A stretch of DNA of 20,401 nucleotides, from positions 1 to 20,401 of the forward strand of contig CAXTTL010000069.1 of the NCBI GenBank assembly GCA_964247135.1, in the 5' to 3' direction. Positions 1-8,062 of this stretch are shown piece after piece; positions within the stretch are counted from its first letter, which is position 1; every line of letters begins with the position of its first letter. The position numbers and the translations under genes were made by a program. Below the pieces are notes generated by a model. That model had not been told where the DNA came from, ran no database searches, and was given only the letters and a program-made list of their open reading frames with translations. Origin of the DNA: an uncultured Deinococcales bacterium (GTDB taxonomy: Bacteria > Deinococcota > Deinococci > Deinococcales > JAAFIG01).

Positions 1-1
1 A

Positions 2-1345
2 ATGAAGATCAACACGAAAGTTTTAGCCATCACCACATTGTTGGCAATGGGTGTGGGCGCAGGAATTGTCGGCACGCAGGCGCAGTCACCGGTTTCAATC
101 GATTACTGGTTGTGGGATTCAAATCAGTTTCCCGCCTACCAAAAGTGCGGCGTGGATTTTGAAAAAGCCAATCCAGGCATCAAGGTCAAAGTCATTCAAA
201 AGGGCTGGGATGACTACTGGACAGGCATCACCACGGGCTTTGTCAGCGGTACCGCGCCAGATATTTTCACCGACCACCTGGCAAAATACCCAGAATTTGC
301 GTTGAACAAGCAAATCGTTGACATTGCGCCCTGGATCAAAGAGGACAAAGTGCCAACCGATATCTACCAAGGCGATTTGATCAAGCTCTGGGGACGCAGC
401 GGCAAACAGTACGGCTTACCAAAAGATTGGGATACCGTCGCCATTGTCTACAACAAAGCCATGCTCAAAGACGCGGGTATTTCGGAAGCCAGCCTGAACA
501 ACATGACCTGGAATCCAAAAGACGGCGGCACGTTCCAAAAAATTATTGCCAAACTGACCATCGACGCCAATGGCAACCGTGGCGACAGCGCCAACTTTGA
601 CAAGTCCAAAGTCAAGCAATACGGCTTTGTGAGCTTGCCTGGCAACAGCGCCGGTGGCGCTTACGGTCAAACCGAGTGGAGCCACTTCGCAGTCTCCAAC
701 GGCTTTAAATTTACCGACGCACCTTGGGCGACCAAGTACAACTACGACGATCCAAAGCTTGCCGAAAGCTTGCAATGGCAAGCCGACCTGAGCTTGGTCA
801 AAGGTTTTGCCCCGCTCTACAAAGACACCAAAGCCAACAACGGCAACTCGGTCTTTACCGCCGGCAAAGCCGCATTTATTTTCGACGGCTCTTGGAATGT
901 CTCGAGCTACCGCGCCAACTCGAAGTTTGACATTGGCTTTGCCCAATTGCCAAAAGGTCCAGTCGGACGCCGCACCATGTTCAACGGTTTGGCTGACTCG
1001 ATCTGGACGGGCAGCAAGCACCAAAAAGAAGCCTTCCAATGGCTGAAGTACCTGGCTAGCCCAAGCTGCCAGAACACCGTGGGTGACTTCGGTGTGGTCT
1101 TCCCAGCCATTCCGAGCGCGATCAAAAAGTCCGTGGCTGCGTTCAAAAAGAAGGGCGTGGACGTCAGCGCCTTCACCAAAGAGGCATTGGCAAAAGACGC
1201 CACCTTCTTGTTCCCGATCACCGACAACGCCGGCGAAATCGGCGACATCATGACCAAAGTCCTCGACAAGATTTTCTTGGGCGATGCCAAAGCGGCTGAC
1301 CTTTTGAAAGACGCCAACGACAAAGTCAACGCCCTGTTCAAATAA
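2..1345 (+). CDS. Sugar ABC transporter substrate-binding protein (family 1 extracellular solute-binding protein)
   Basis: 447-aa ORF with an N-terminal Sec signal peptide (MKINTKVLAITTLLAMGVGAGIVGTQA). CUT1 SBP motifs are present: FEKANPGIKVKV, GTAPDIF, GKQYGLP, IVYNKAML, GKAAFIFDGSW, EAFQWLKYL. The start lies at the window edge, so no upstream context is visible. Confidence 0.93.
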   Translation: MKINTKVLAITTLLAMGVGAGIVGTQAQSPVSIDYWLWDSNQFPAYQKCGVDFEKANPGIKVKVIQKGWDDYWTGITTGFVSGTAPDIFTDHLAKYPEFALNKQIVDIAPWIKEDKVPTDIYQGDLIKLWGRSGKQYGLPKDWDTVAIVYNKAMLKDAGISEASLNNMTWNPKDGGTFQKIIAKLTIDANGNRGDSANFDKSKVKQYGFVSLPGNSAGGAYGQTEWSHFAVSNGFKFTDAPWATKYNYDDPKLAESLQWQADLSLVKGFAPLYKDTKANNGNSVFTAGKAAFIFDGSWNVSSYRANSKFDIGFAQLPKGPVGRRTMFNGLADSIWTGSKHQKEAFQWLKYLASPSCQNTVGDFGVVFPAIPSAIKKSVAAFKKKGVDVSAFTKEALAKDATFLFPITDNAGEIGDIMTKVLDKIFLGDAKAADLLKDANDKVNALFK

Positions 1346-1353
1346 CCAATCTC

Positions 1354-1383
1354 GAGGAACTCGTGGCAAGCCACGAGTTCCTC
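1354..1383. other. Perfect 14-bp inverted repeat after the SBP gene; probable mRNA-stabilising stem-loop
   Basis: GAGGAACTCGTGGC-AA-GCCACGAGTTCCTC begins 8 nt after the SBP stop. It is followed by AAAA rather than a U-tract on the + strand. Confidence 0.75.
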
Positions 1384-1410
1384 AAAACCCATCTGACTCG
1401 AGGTGAACCG

Positions 1411-3081
1411 ATGAATGTTCCAAAAATCTTGCTGGCAAGTTCCAGCCTCCTGCTGGTGGCTTGTTCTGCGCGGAGCGAGTCCTCGGGTTCAGCTCGAGCT
1501 TCGCTGCCCAGCGTGCCTGTGACGTTTCAAACCAGCAAACTTTCGGCGGCGACAACTTGCTCCTCGAGTTTTATCACACACGATTTAAACCACACCACTG
1601 TTCCGCGCCAAGGAGATCGGGTGGTTTATGACAGTAACGGTTCGGGCGTGGCGGTTGGCGACCTGGATCATGATGGTCTGAGCGACATCGTGCTGGGCAA
1701 CATTGGCGCGGCGAGCAGCATTCAGTGGAATTTGGGAGATTTTAAATTCAAATCCCAGGAACTTTTAAACAACCTCGGGCTACCCGAAAGTCAAACTCGA
1801 GCCGTGTCGTTGGTGGATGTCAACAATGACGGTTGGTTGGACATTGTCCTCACGCACTCGCAAGGCGGGATTTCGGCTTGGATCAACAACCACAAAAAAG
1901 GCTTCACGCTCGAGACTTTGAGCGGCGTGGATTTCCCCGCGTACACCATGATTTGGGATGATCTGAGCGGCACGGGAAAACTCGATTTGGTCACGGCTTC
2001 TTATGATGCGTTGCTCGAGACGGAGTTAAAAGATTCGTTTTTGCTCTCTCGGGGGGCTGGCGTGGTGGTTTACAACCGCAGCGGCAAGCAATTTGAGGCG
2101 ACGCGGTTGGCAAAATCCTCGCAAACCCTGGCGTTGGCGCTTTATGACGTGAACAACGACGGCAAACGAGATTTGATCGTCGGCAACGATTTTGCGGTGC
2201 CAGATTTGGCATTTTTAAACGGCACTTGGAAAGCCGTTAAACCCTTTAAACGCACCACCAAAAACACCATGGGCTTCTCGAGCAGCGACATTGACAACGA
2301 CGGCAAACTCGAGCTTTTTGCCACGGACATGAAACCAAAAATGGATGATGAAAAAGTGATTGCCAAATGGATCACCTTTATGCAAAAAACCTATGAGAAA
2401 TCACAATACAGCAGCCTGCAACGCGCCGAAAACGTGCTCGAGCGCCAAAACCCCGACGGCAGCTTTCAAAACATTGCTTATGAGCTTGGCTTGGATGCCA
2501 CGGGTTGGAGTTGGTCGGCAAAATTTGGCGATTTGAACAACGACGGTTATGAAGATTTGTACATCGTCAACGGCATGATCGACACCCAAAATTTAAAGCA
2601 TCTGCCCAACAACGAACTGGTCGAAACCAACAAAGCCTACCTCAACACCCACGGCGCATTTCAGATCATGCCAAGTTGGAATTTAGGCTCGAGCGCCAGC
2701 GGGCGCGGCATGAGCATGAGTGACCTCAACAACGACGGTCAACTGGACATTGTGGTCAACAACCTTGGCAAACCCGCCCAGGTTTTCGAGAATCAACTTT
2801 GCGGCGGCAACAGCCTGGAAGTTGAACTGAACTGGCTCGGCTCGAGCAACACCAAAGGCATTGGCGCAAAAGTATTTCTCAACTCAAGCGCAGGAACAAT
2901 GCAGCGTGAAGTCTTAAGCCAGAGCGGATATTTGAGCGGCAACGACCCCAGAATTCATTTTGGCATTCCCAAAGATTCAGCCCTCGAAAGTCTCGAGGTG
3001 GTCTGGTCGGACGGCAAGCGTTCAGTGATTGAAAAACCCGAAGCCAACAGCATTTTAAACATCTCGAGGAGTGCCAAATGA
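1411..3081 (+). CDS. CRTAC1-family lipoprotein (FG-GAP/VCBS beta-propeller repeats plus C-terminal ASPIC/UnbV domain)
   Basis: Start re-called at ATG 1411 (SD GAGGTG at 1400-1405). Lipobox LLVAC. Repeated D-x-[DN]-x-DG-x-x-D motifs: DLDHDGLSD, DVNNDGWLD, DVNNDGKRD, DIDNDGKLE, DLNNDGYED, DLNNDGQLD. ASPIC/UnbV signature GIGAKV...QREV...SGYLSGNDPRIHFGI...EVVWSDG. Confidence 0.9.
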   Translation: MNVPKILLASSSLLLVACSARSESSGSARASLPSVPVTFQTSKLSAATTCSSSFITHDLNHTTVPRQGDRVVYDSNGSGVAVGDLDHDGLSDIVLGNIGAASSIQWNLGDFKFKSQELLNNLGLPESQTRAVSLVDVNNDGWLDIVLTHSQGGISAWINNHKKGFTLETLSGVDFPAYTMIWDDLSGTGKLDLVTASYDALLETELKDSFLLSRGAGVVVYNRSGKQFEATRLAKSSQTLALALYDVNNDGKRDLIVGNDFAVPDLAFLNGTWKAVKPFKRTTKNTMGFSSSDIDNDGKLELFATDMKPKMDDEKVIAKWITFMQKTYEKSQYSSLQRAENVLERQNPDGSFQNIAYELGLDATGWSWSAKFGDLNNDGYEDLYIVNGMIDTQNLKHLPNNELVETNKAYLNTHGAFQIMPSWNLGSSASGRGMSMSDLNNDGQLDIVVNNLGKPAQVFENQLCGGNSLEVELNWLGSSNTKGIGAKVFLNSSAGTMQREVLSQSGYLSGNDPRIHFGIPKDSALESLEVVWSDGKRSVIEKPEANSILNISRSAK

Positions 3082-3824
3082 ACGCCACATTTTCGCCAAA
3101 AACAAGTCTTCTTGATCTGTTCAGGTTGCGCGGCAGAACCACCATCATCGCGCTGGCTGCCACGATAGGTTTGGTCTTGGCAGGCGTTCTGGTGACTCGA
3201 GTTGGCTTTCCGATTTGGGGCGGCACAATTTTGTTTTTGGGCGTGATAGCCGTGCCAGTCAGCCTGAAATGGCACGACGATCTGGTTTCGCTCGGCACGG
3301 CGGCTTGTGTGCTCAGCGTCTTGCTGGCATTGCAAGGTTTTCACACCATCGAGCACATCGTGCAACTGATGCAGTTTTACGTTTTTGATCGCCCAGGCAT
3401 TCAATCGCAAGGACTCATCTCGAGCCTGAACGTCGAATGGGTGCATTTTGTCTGGAACTGGCTGGCGTGGGGTTTGGTCGCCTACCTTTTTAAGAACGGA
3501 ATGCGCGGCGTTTGGAGTTACCCGCTGATGGTCTGGATTTCGCTTCACACCCTCGAGCACACCTACATGCTGCTGCATTACTTGCACGTGGCTGCCGAAG
3601 TCGGAGCGCTTGGACTGCCGCAATTCAGCGCCGAACAGGTGCTCCCAGGCGTTCTCGGGCGCGACGGCTGGCTCGCCAACAACATTTTGCTGTGCCGTGG
3701 CATTCCTGGCTTGACCACCCTGCCGCGCGTGGCGATTCACTTTTACTGGAATATGGGCGAAATGACCCTGCTGTTGCTGGCGGCAAAAGAATCTTTTCCC
3801 AAAATGATCAAACCAAAACCTTAA
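3078..3824 (+). CDS. Multi-pass membrane protein of unknown function with duplicated HxxEH and HFxWN motifs
   Basis: 248 aa with about 6 hydrophobic segments. ATGA overlap with the upstream gene and SD GAGGAG at 3066-3071. Motifs QGFHTIEH...EWVHFVWN and LHTLEH...IHFYWN. Confidence 0.85.
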   Translation: MNATFSPKTSLLDLFRLRGRTTIIALAATIGLVLAGVLVTRVGFPIWGGTILFLGVIAVPVSLKWHDDLVSLGTAACVLSVLLALQGFHTIEHIVQLMQFYVFDRPGIQSQGLISSLNVEWVHFVWNWLAWGLVAYLFKNGMRGVWSYPLMVWISLHTLEHTYMLLHYLHVAAEVGALGLPQFSAEQVLPGVLGRDGWLANNILLCRGIPGLTTLPRVAIHFYWNMGEMTLLLLAAKESFPKMIKPKP

Positions 3825-3871
3825 CCTCGCCCCTCGAGTTGTCTCGAGCATTCAAAAAGGAGCATTCACCT

Positions 3872-5251
3872 GTGAGACAAGCCAAAATCACCCTGATCGG
3901 TGCGGGCAGCACCGTTTTCGCCAAGAATTTGTTGGGCGACATCCTCAGTTACCCAGAACTTTCAAACTCGAGAATCTTTTTGTTCGACATTGACCCTGAA
4001 CGCCTGAGGACTTCGGTGATCGTCGCCAAAAAGGTTTCTGAGGCACTGGGCGTCAAACCCGAAATTATTGCCACCACCGACGCCGAGCAAGCCCTGGACG
4101 GCGCAGATTATGCCATCAGCATGATTCAAGTGGGTGGTTATAAGCCGTCTACCGTGATCGATTTTGAGATTCCTAAAAAGTACGGTTTGCAGCAAACCAT
4201 TGCCGACACGCTGGGCATTGGCGGCATCATGCGCGGCTTGCGCACCATTCCCGTGCTGCTCGAGTACACCCGCATCATGGAACGGGTCTGCCCCGACGTG
4301 CTGCACCTCAATTACGTCAACCCAATGGCGATGAATTGCTTGGCGCTGGCTAAAGCCAGCAAAATCAAATTGGTTGGTTTGTGCCACAGCGTGCCGCACA
4401 CCGCCAAAGAACTCGCGCAAGACCTGGGCATCCCGCCCGAAGAGGTGCATTATCTGGTGGCGGGCATCAACCACATGGCGTTTTACCTGACGCTCGAGCG
4501 TCACCACCAGGACGGCAAAAAAGAAAACCTGTACCCCAAATTGCGCGAATTTCTCGAGCGCGGCAAGTTCACGCACCGCGTTTCTGCCGACATGCCCTGG
4601 GGCTTGACCGATGCCGTGCGCTATCAGGTTTTGAAGCACTTTGGTTACAGCGTGACCGAATCGAGCGAGCACTTTTCCGAGTACACGCCGTGGTTCATTA
4701 AAAACAACCGCCCAGACTTGCTCGATCGTTTCAACATTCCAATCGACGAGTACATTCGCCGCTGCGAACTGAACATTGCCAAATGGGAAAGCCTGCGCAT
4801 CGACCTCGAGGATGAAAACAAGAAACTCGAGGTCAAACGCAGCGTCGAATACGGCAGTTTGATTGTTCACAGCCATGAAACGGGTCAACCCAGGGTGATT
4901 TACGGCAACGTGCCAAACAAGGGCTTGATCGATAATTTGCCAGCCGATTGTTGCGTCGAAGTGCCGTGTTTGGTGGACAAAAACGGCATTCAACCGACCA
5001 AAATTGGCATGTTGCCGCCGCAACTCGCCGCCATGATGCGCACCAACGTCAACGTCCAGGAATTGACCGCCGAAGCCGCGCTGACTGGCAGCCGCGAGCA
5101 TGTCTATCACGCCGCCATGATGGACCCACACACGGCAGCCGAACTCGATTTGGATCAAATTCACAACCTCGTGGACGATCTTCTCGAGGCACACGGCAGC
5201 ATGATTCCGAATATTGCCAGTAAATCAAAAGCCGAGTTAATTGCGGTTTAA
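3872..5251 (+). CDS. melA: GH4 NAD+/Mn2+-dependent alpha-galactosidase (alpha-glucosidase/alpha-galactosidase family)
   Basis: Start re-called at GTG 3872 (SD AAGGAG at 3857-3862). GH4 motifs: KITLIGAGS, DFEIPKKYGLQQTIADTLGIGGI, LNYVNPMAM, GLCHSV, AGINHMA, TESSEH, AAMMDPHTAAEL. Confidence 0.92.
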   Translation: MRQAKITLIGAGSTVFAKNLLGDILSYPELSNSRIFLFDIDPERLRTSVIVAKKVSEALGVKPEIIATTDAEQALDGADYAISMIQVGGYKPSTVIDFEIPKKYGLQQTIADTLGIGGIMRGLRTIPVLLEYTRIMERVCPDVLHLNYVNPMAMNCLALAKASKIKLVGLCHSVPHTAKELAQDLGIPPEEVHYLVAGINHMAFYLTLERHHQDGKKENLYPKLREFLERGKFTHRVSADMPWGLTDAVRYQVLKHFGYSVTESSEHFSEYTPWFIKNNRPDLLDRFNIPIDEYIRRCELNIAKWESLRIDLEDENKKLEVKRSVEYGSLIVHSHETGQPRVIYGNVPNKGLIDNLPADCCVEVPCLVDKNGIQPTKIGMLPPQLAAMMRTNVNVQELTAEAALTGSREHVYHAAMMDPHTAAELDLDQIHNLVDDLLEAHGSMIPNIASKSKAELIAV

Positions 5252-5334
5252 AGACTGTCCCTCGCAGGGTTGCAAGTGTCACGGTGAACTGAGCTTCAGT
5301 CAAACGACTGAATTTCAGGAAGTCTGAAAGGAAC

Positions 5335-6408
5335 ATGACATACAACAAGCGGGTCACGAGTCTAGAAGTTGCCAAACACGCTGGGGTTTCGCGCACCACA
5401 GTCTCGTTTGTTTTGAACAACGTCTCCAACGCCAACATCAGCTTGGAAACCCGAGCCAAAGTCAGGCGTGCCGCCAGCGAACTGGGTTACACCCCCAACG
5501 AGGCGGCACGGTCCCTGGTCAGTGGTCAAACCCGCACGGTGGGTTTGGTCATCTCTCATGCCGAGCAACTGCAAGTCGATGCGTATATCCCGCAACTCTT
5601 GTACAGTTTGACCGCCGCCAGCCACCAGCACGGTTATCAGGTGATGCTCGAGACGATTATTAAAAACAACCACACCAGCAATTACGTGCGTCTGGTCGAA
5701 GGACACCGCATTGACGGTTTGATCGTGCTGAACACCTGGTCGCACGACACCCAACTGCCAAAACTCCTCGAGCGCAAATTTCCGGTGGTGATGCTGGGTT
5801 TGCCGCGAAACATGAGCATGAACGATCAAACGTTTCTGGTCGAAATCGACGGTCGTGACGCCGCAACTCGAGCCACCAAACATTTGATTGACCTGGGACA
5901 CTCGCGTGTTGCCCACATCAGTTTTGTTCCCGAAAAGCACGACATCGTGCAACCCCGCCGCGAGGGCTACAAAGACGCGCTCGAGGCGGCAGGTTTGGCG
6001 TTCGACCCGTGCTTGGTACGGTTTGGCAATTACAGCGCCCAAAGTGGCTTTGATGCCATGAACAGCCTGTTGCAGCAACGACCTCGCCCGAGTGCGTTGT
6101 TCGCTGGCAACGACACGATTGCCCTCGGCGCGATGGCAGCCATTCGGGAGCATGGTTTGAGAATTCCTGAAGATATCGCCGTGGTCGGCTTTGATGACAT
6201 TCCAACCGCGCCGTTTATGGCTCCAGCCCTCACGACCATCCATGCCCCCGCCACGCTTCAAGGCAAAACAGCCATCGACATGTTGTTGCAACGGATGCGA
6301 GGGCAAGTTCCAGCCCAGCAACGCGTCGAACTTGAGTCACCGTTGATCGTGCGCGATTCTTGCGGTGCGAATTTAAAACCCAAAACTCGAGCCAGCAAAA
6401 AACGCTAA
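5335..6408 (+). CDS. LacI-family transcriptional regulator
   Basis: N-terminal HTH VTSLEVAKHAGVSRTTVSFVLN and hinge LGYTPNEAARSL. Sugar-binding domain motifs NDTIALGAM, IPEDIAVVGFDD, PALTTI. SD AAGGA. Confidence 0.96.
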   Translation: MTYNKRVTSLEVAKHAGVSRTTVSFVLNNVSNANISLETRAKVRRAASELGYTPNEAARSLVSGQTRTVGLVISHAEQLQVDAYIPQLLYSLTAASHQHGYQVMLETIIKNNHTSNYVRLVEGHRIDGLIVLNTWSHDTQLPKLLERKFPVVMLGLPRNMSMNDQTFLVEIDGRDAATRATKHLIDLGHSRVAHISFVPEKHDIVQPRREGYKDALEAAGLAFDPCLVRFGNYSAQSGFDAMNSLLQQRPRPSALFAGNDTIALGAMAAIREHGLRIPEDIAVVGFDDIPTAPFMAPALTTIHAPATLQGKTAIDMLLQRMRGQVPAQQRVELESPLIVRDSCGANLKPKTRASKKR

Positions 6409-7404
6409 TCAAGGTTTGCGCGTAAATTCTTGCTCGAGGGTTGTCCACCTCGAGAAATCCATTGTGAAATGCGCGTACAGCGCAATTCCAGCATAATTTC
6501 TTGGCATTTCAGGTTCGAGCGCCGCGTGAATTCCATGCAAAGAATTCTCGAGGTTTTCAACATTCGGATGGTGCGAAATGCTGGGTTCGTCCCAAGCAGG
6601 AACACCGAGCAAAACTTCTTTACCATTGCTCCAATTCAGCACCTCGAGCGTCCACGTTTTCATCAACGCAATATAGGGTTTCTCGAACGGAATTGACGTG
6701 TCGTACAACATTGGCACAATTTGATTGGCGTATTTTGAAACCTCGAGAAACATGGTTTTATCCCAGAACCAGTCGGGTGTAATACCAGGAATGATGTTTG
6801 GTTTTGGGGTCGCCACGGAAATCAATTTGTCACTGCCAATTGCGGCTCGAAGTTCGTTCAACAACGCCAGAAAACCCGCGTGACGGTTGCGAACAGGTTC
6901 AAAATCCAGGTGAATTCCCGCAAATTTTGGGTACATCTCGAGCAAACTTTTGACGCTCAAGATAAATGTTTTCCGCCATGCCAACGACTCGAGGAACACG
7001 GTTTTGCCCGTCACACCCCCAAGCCAAGGCATGACGCGTTTGTTGGGCAGCAATTCGAGGAAGCGTTTTGTTTGAACCTCATCCACTTTTGGAATACCGC
7101 CATCCAAATCCGTTGGTGTCAGGTGCGGAAAAACATCCCGAATCCCGTGTGCATCAAGTTCTTGCTTCAGTTTGAGAATCGCTGCTCGAGATCGAAATTG
7201 GTTTTTGTCTCGAGCATTTTCTTGGAACCAAGCATTGTCACCAAGCCAGCCATGCCCAAGCCAGATGCCGTTGCGTCCGAGATCGTGCGTTCCATTGGTG
7301 ACGCCCGAGCCTGGATTCCAAAATGCAAATGCCAGCATGAATGCGGCAATCAAAACAATTAAAACCCGAAAAACACGAATCACACCAACATTCTCGAGCC
7401 TCAA
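6409..7404 (-). CDS. Membrane-anchored or secreted GH18-like (chitinase-fold TIM barrel) glycoside hydrolase
   Basis: N-terminal hydrophobic helix. GIHLDFEP is a variant of the GH18 DxDxE motif, followed by IVPMLYD, LLGVPAW and GIALY in GH18 order. The exact start is uncertain (TTG at 7404, or a GTG about 21 nt downstream). Confidence 0.7.
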   Translation of the reverse strand: MRLENVGVIRVFRVLIVLIAAFMLAFAFWNPGSGVTNGTHDLGRNGIWLGHGWLGDNAWFQENARDKNQFRSRAAILKLKQELDAHGIRDVFPHLTPTDLDGGIPKVDEVQTKRFLELLPNKRVMPWLGGVTGKTVFLESLAWRKTFILSVKSLLEMYPKFAGIHLDFEPVRNRHAGFLALLNELRAAIGSDKLISVATPKPNIIPGITPDWFWDKTMFLEVSKYANQIVPMLYDTSIPFEKPYIALMKTWTLEVLNWSNGKEVLLGVPAWDEPSISHHPNVENLENSLHGIHAALEPEMPRNYAGIALYAHFTMDFSRWTTLEQEFTRKP

Positions 7405-7473
7405 CCTGAGAGATTATGAGATTGTCTTACACATTGCTCAATCCTTCCTGCCCTCCCCTATCCAAGCGGCTCG

Positions 7474-7500
7474 GGAACTTCTACAATGAAACCCACGTAT
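7474..7500 (+). promoter_or_regulatory. Putative ECF sigma-dependent (autoregulatory) promoter
   Basis: GGAAC (7474-7478)-N17-CGTAT (7496-7500) matches the general ECF AAC/CGT promoter architecture and lies directly upstream of an ECF gene. Confidence 0.6.
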
Positions 7501-7510
7501 GGGTTTTGAA

Positions 7511-8062
7511 ATGACTTCCCTCAACCTCGAGAAATTAAAAACCGGTGACCAGACCTGCTGGGAATCTTTGATTCTCGAGCATCAAGATCGCATGGTCAAT
7601 TACTTGTTTCACCTCGAGGGGTCGTACACCGACGCGCTGGATTTGACGCAGGAAACGTTTTTTCGGGCGTGGAAGGGGATCAAAACCTTCAAACCTGGCG
7701 AGGAATTCTTGCCGTGGTTGTACGCCATCGCCCGCAATTGTCAGATCGAAAAGCACCGTCGCAAGCAGCACAGCCAGTTTTCTATCGAGGAAGCCAACGA
7801 TTCGGGTTTTGAACCGATGGCGTTCACCGATGGTCCTCAAGCCACCGCCGAGTACAACGAAAACGCCGAACGCGTTCGCGCGGCGTTGCTCGAGCTGCCA
7901 GAAGAGTACCGCTCGGCGGTGATATTGCGTTTTATGGACGAACTGAGTTACGAAGAAATCGCGGCGGCACAGTGTTGCGCCATCGGCACCGCGAAATCGC
8001 GCGTGTTTCGCGGTAAAGAACTCTTGGCGGGGCTGCTCGAGGGGAAGGTGATGGTCGAGTGA
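7511..8062 (+). CDS. ECF-subfamily RNA polymerase sigma-70 factor
   Basis: Region 2: DALDLTQETFFRAW...FLPWLYAIARN. Region 4: LLELPEEYRSAVILRFMDELSYEEIA...GTAKSRVFRG. The ORF track starts at 7499, but that ATG overlaps the predicted -10 element, so 7511 is preferred. Confidence 0.95.
   Translation: MTSLNLEKLKTGDQTCWESLILEHQDRMVNYLFHLEGSYTDALDLTQETFFRAWKGIKTFKPGEEFLPWLYAIARNCQIEKHRRKQHSQFSIEEANDSGFEPMAFTDGPQATAEYNENAERVRAALLELPEEYRSAVILRFMDELSYEEIAAAQCCAIGTAKSRVFRGKELLAGLLEGKVMVE

Noticed and set aside
416-1369. 317-aa antisense ORF opposite the SBP gene (similar ones at 3962-5194, 5362-6321, 7535-8383, 9911-11254, 13940-14902, 15972-16904)
   Set aside because: These are shadow ORFs fully overlapping well-supported genes on the opposite strand. 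They have no recognisable motifs and are expected from codon bias.
1363-1410. Upstream GTG start for the CRTAC1 gene
   Set aside because: It lies inside the hairpin. ATG 1411 has an SD and gives a proper lipoprotein signal peptide.
1411-3824. Enediyne biosynthetic cluster suggested by the UnbV domain
   Set aside because: There is no PKS, thioesterase or other enediyne cassette gene in the window, and the context is sugar catabolism.
3512-3871. 120-aa N-terminal extension of melA in the ORF track
   Set aside because: It overlaps the upstream membrane protein gene. GH4 homology begins at KITLIGAGS and a good SD precedes GTG 3872.
5278-5289. GTCACGGTGAAC as the LacI operator
   Set aside because: It is a short imperfect palindrome with no second copy found in the window. 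The main operator probably lies upstream of the transporter, outside the window.
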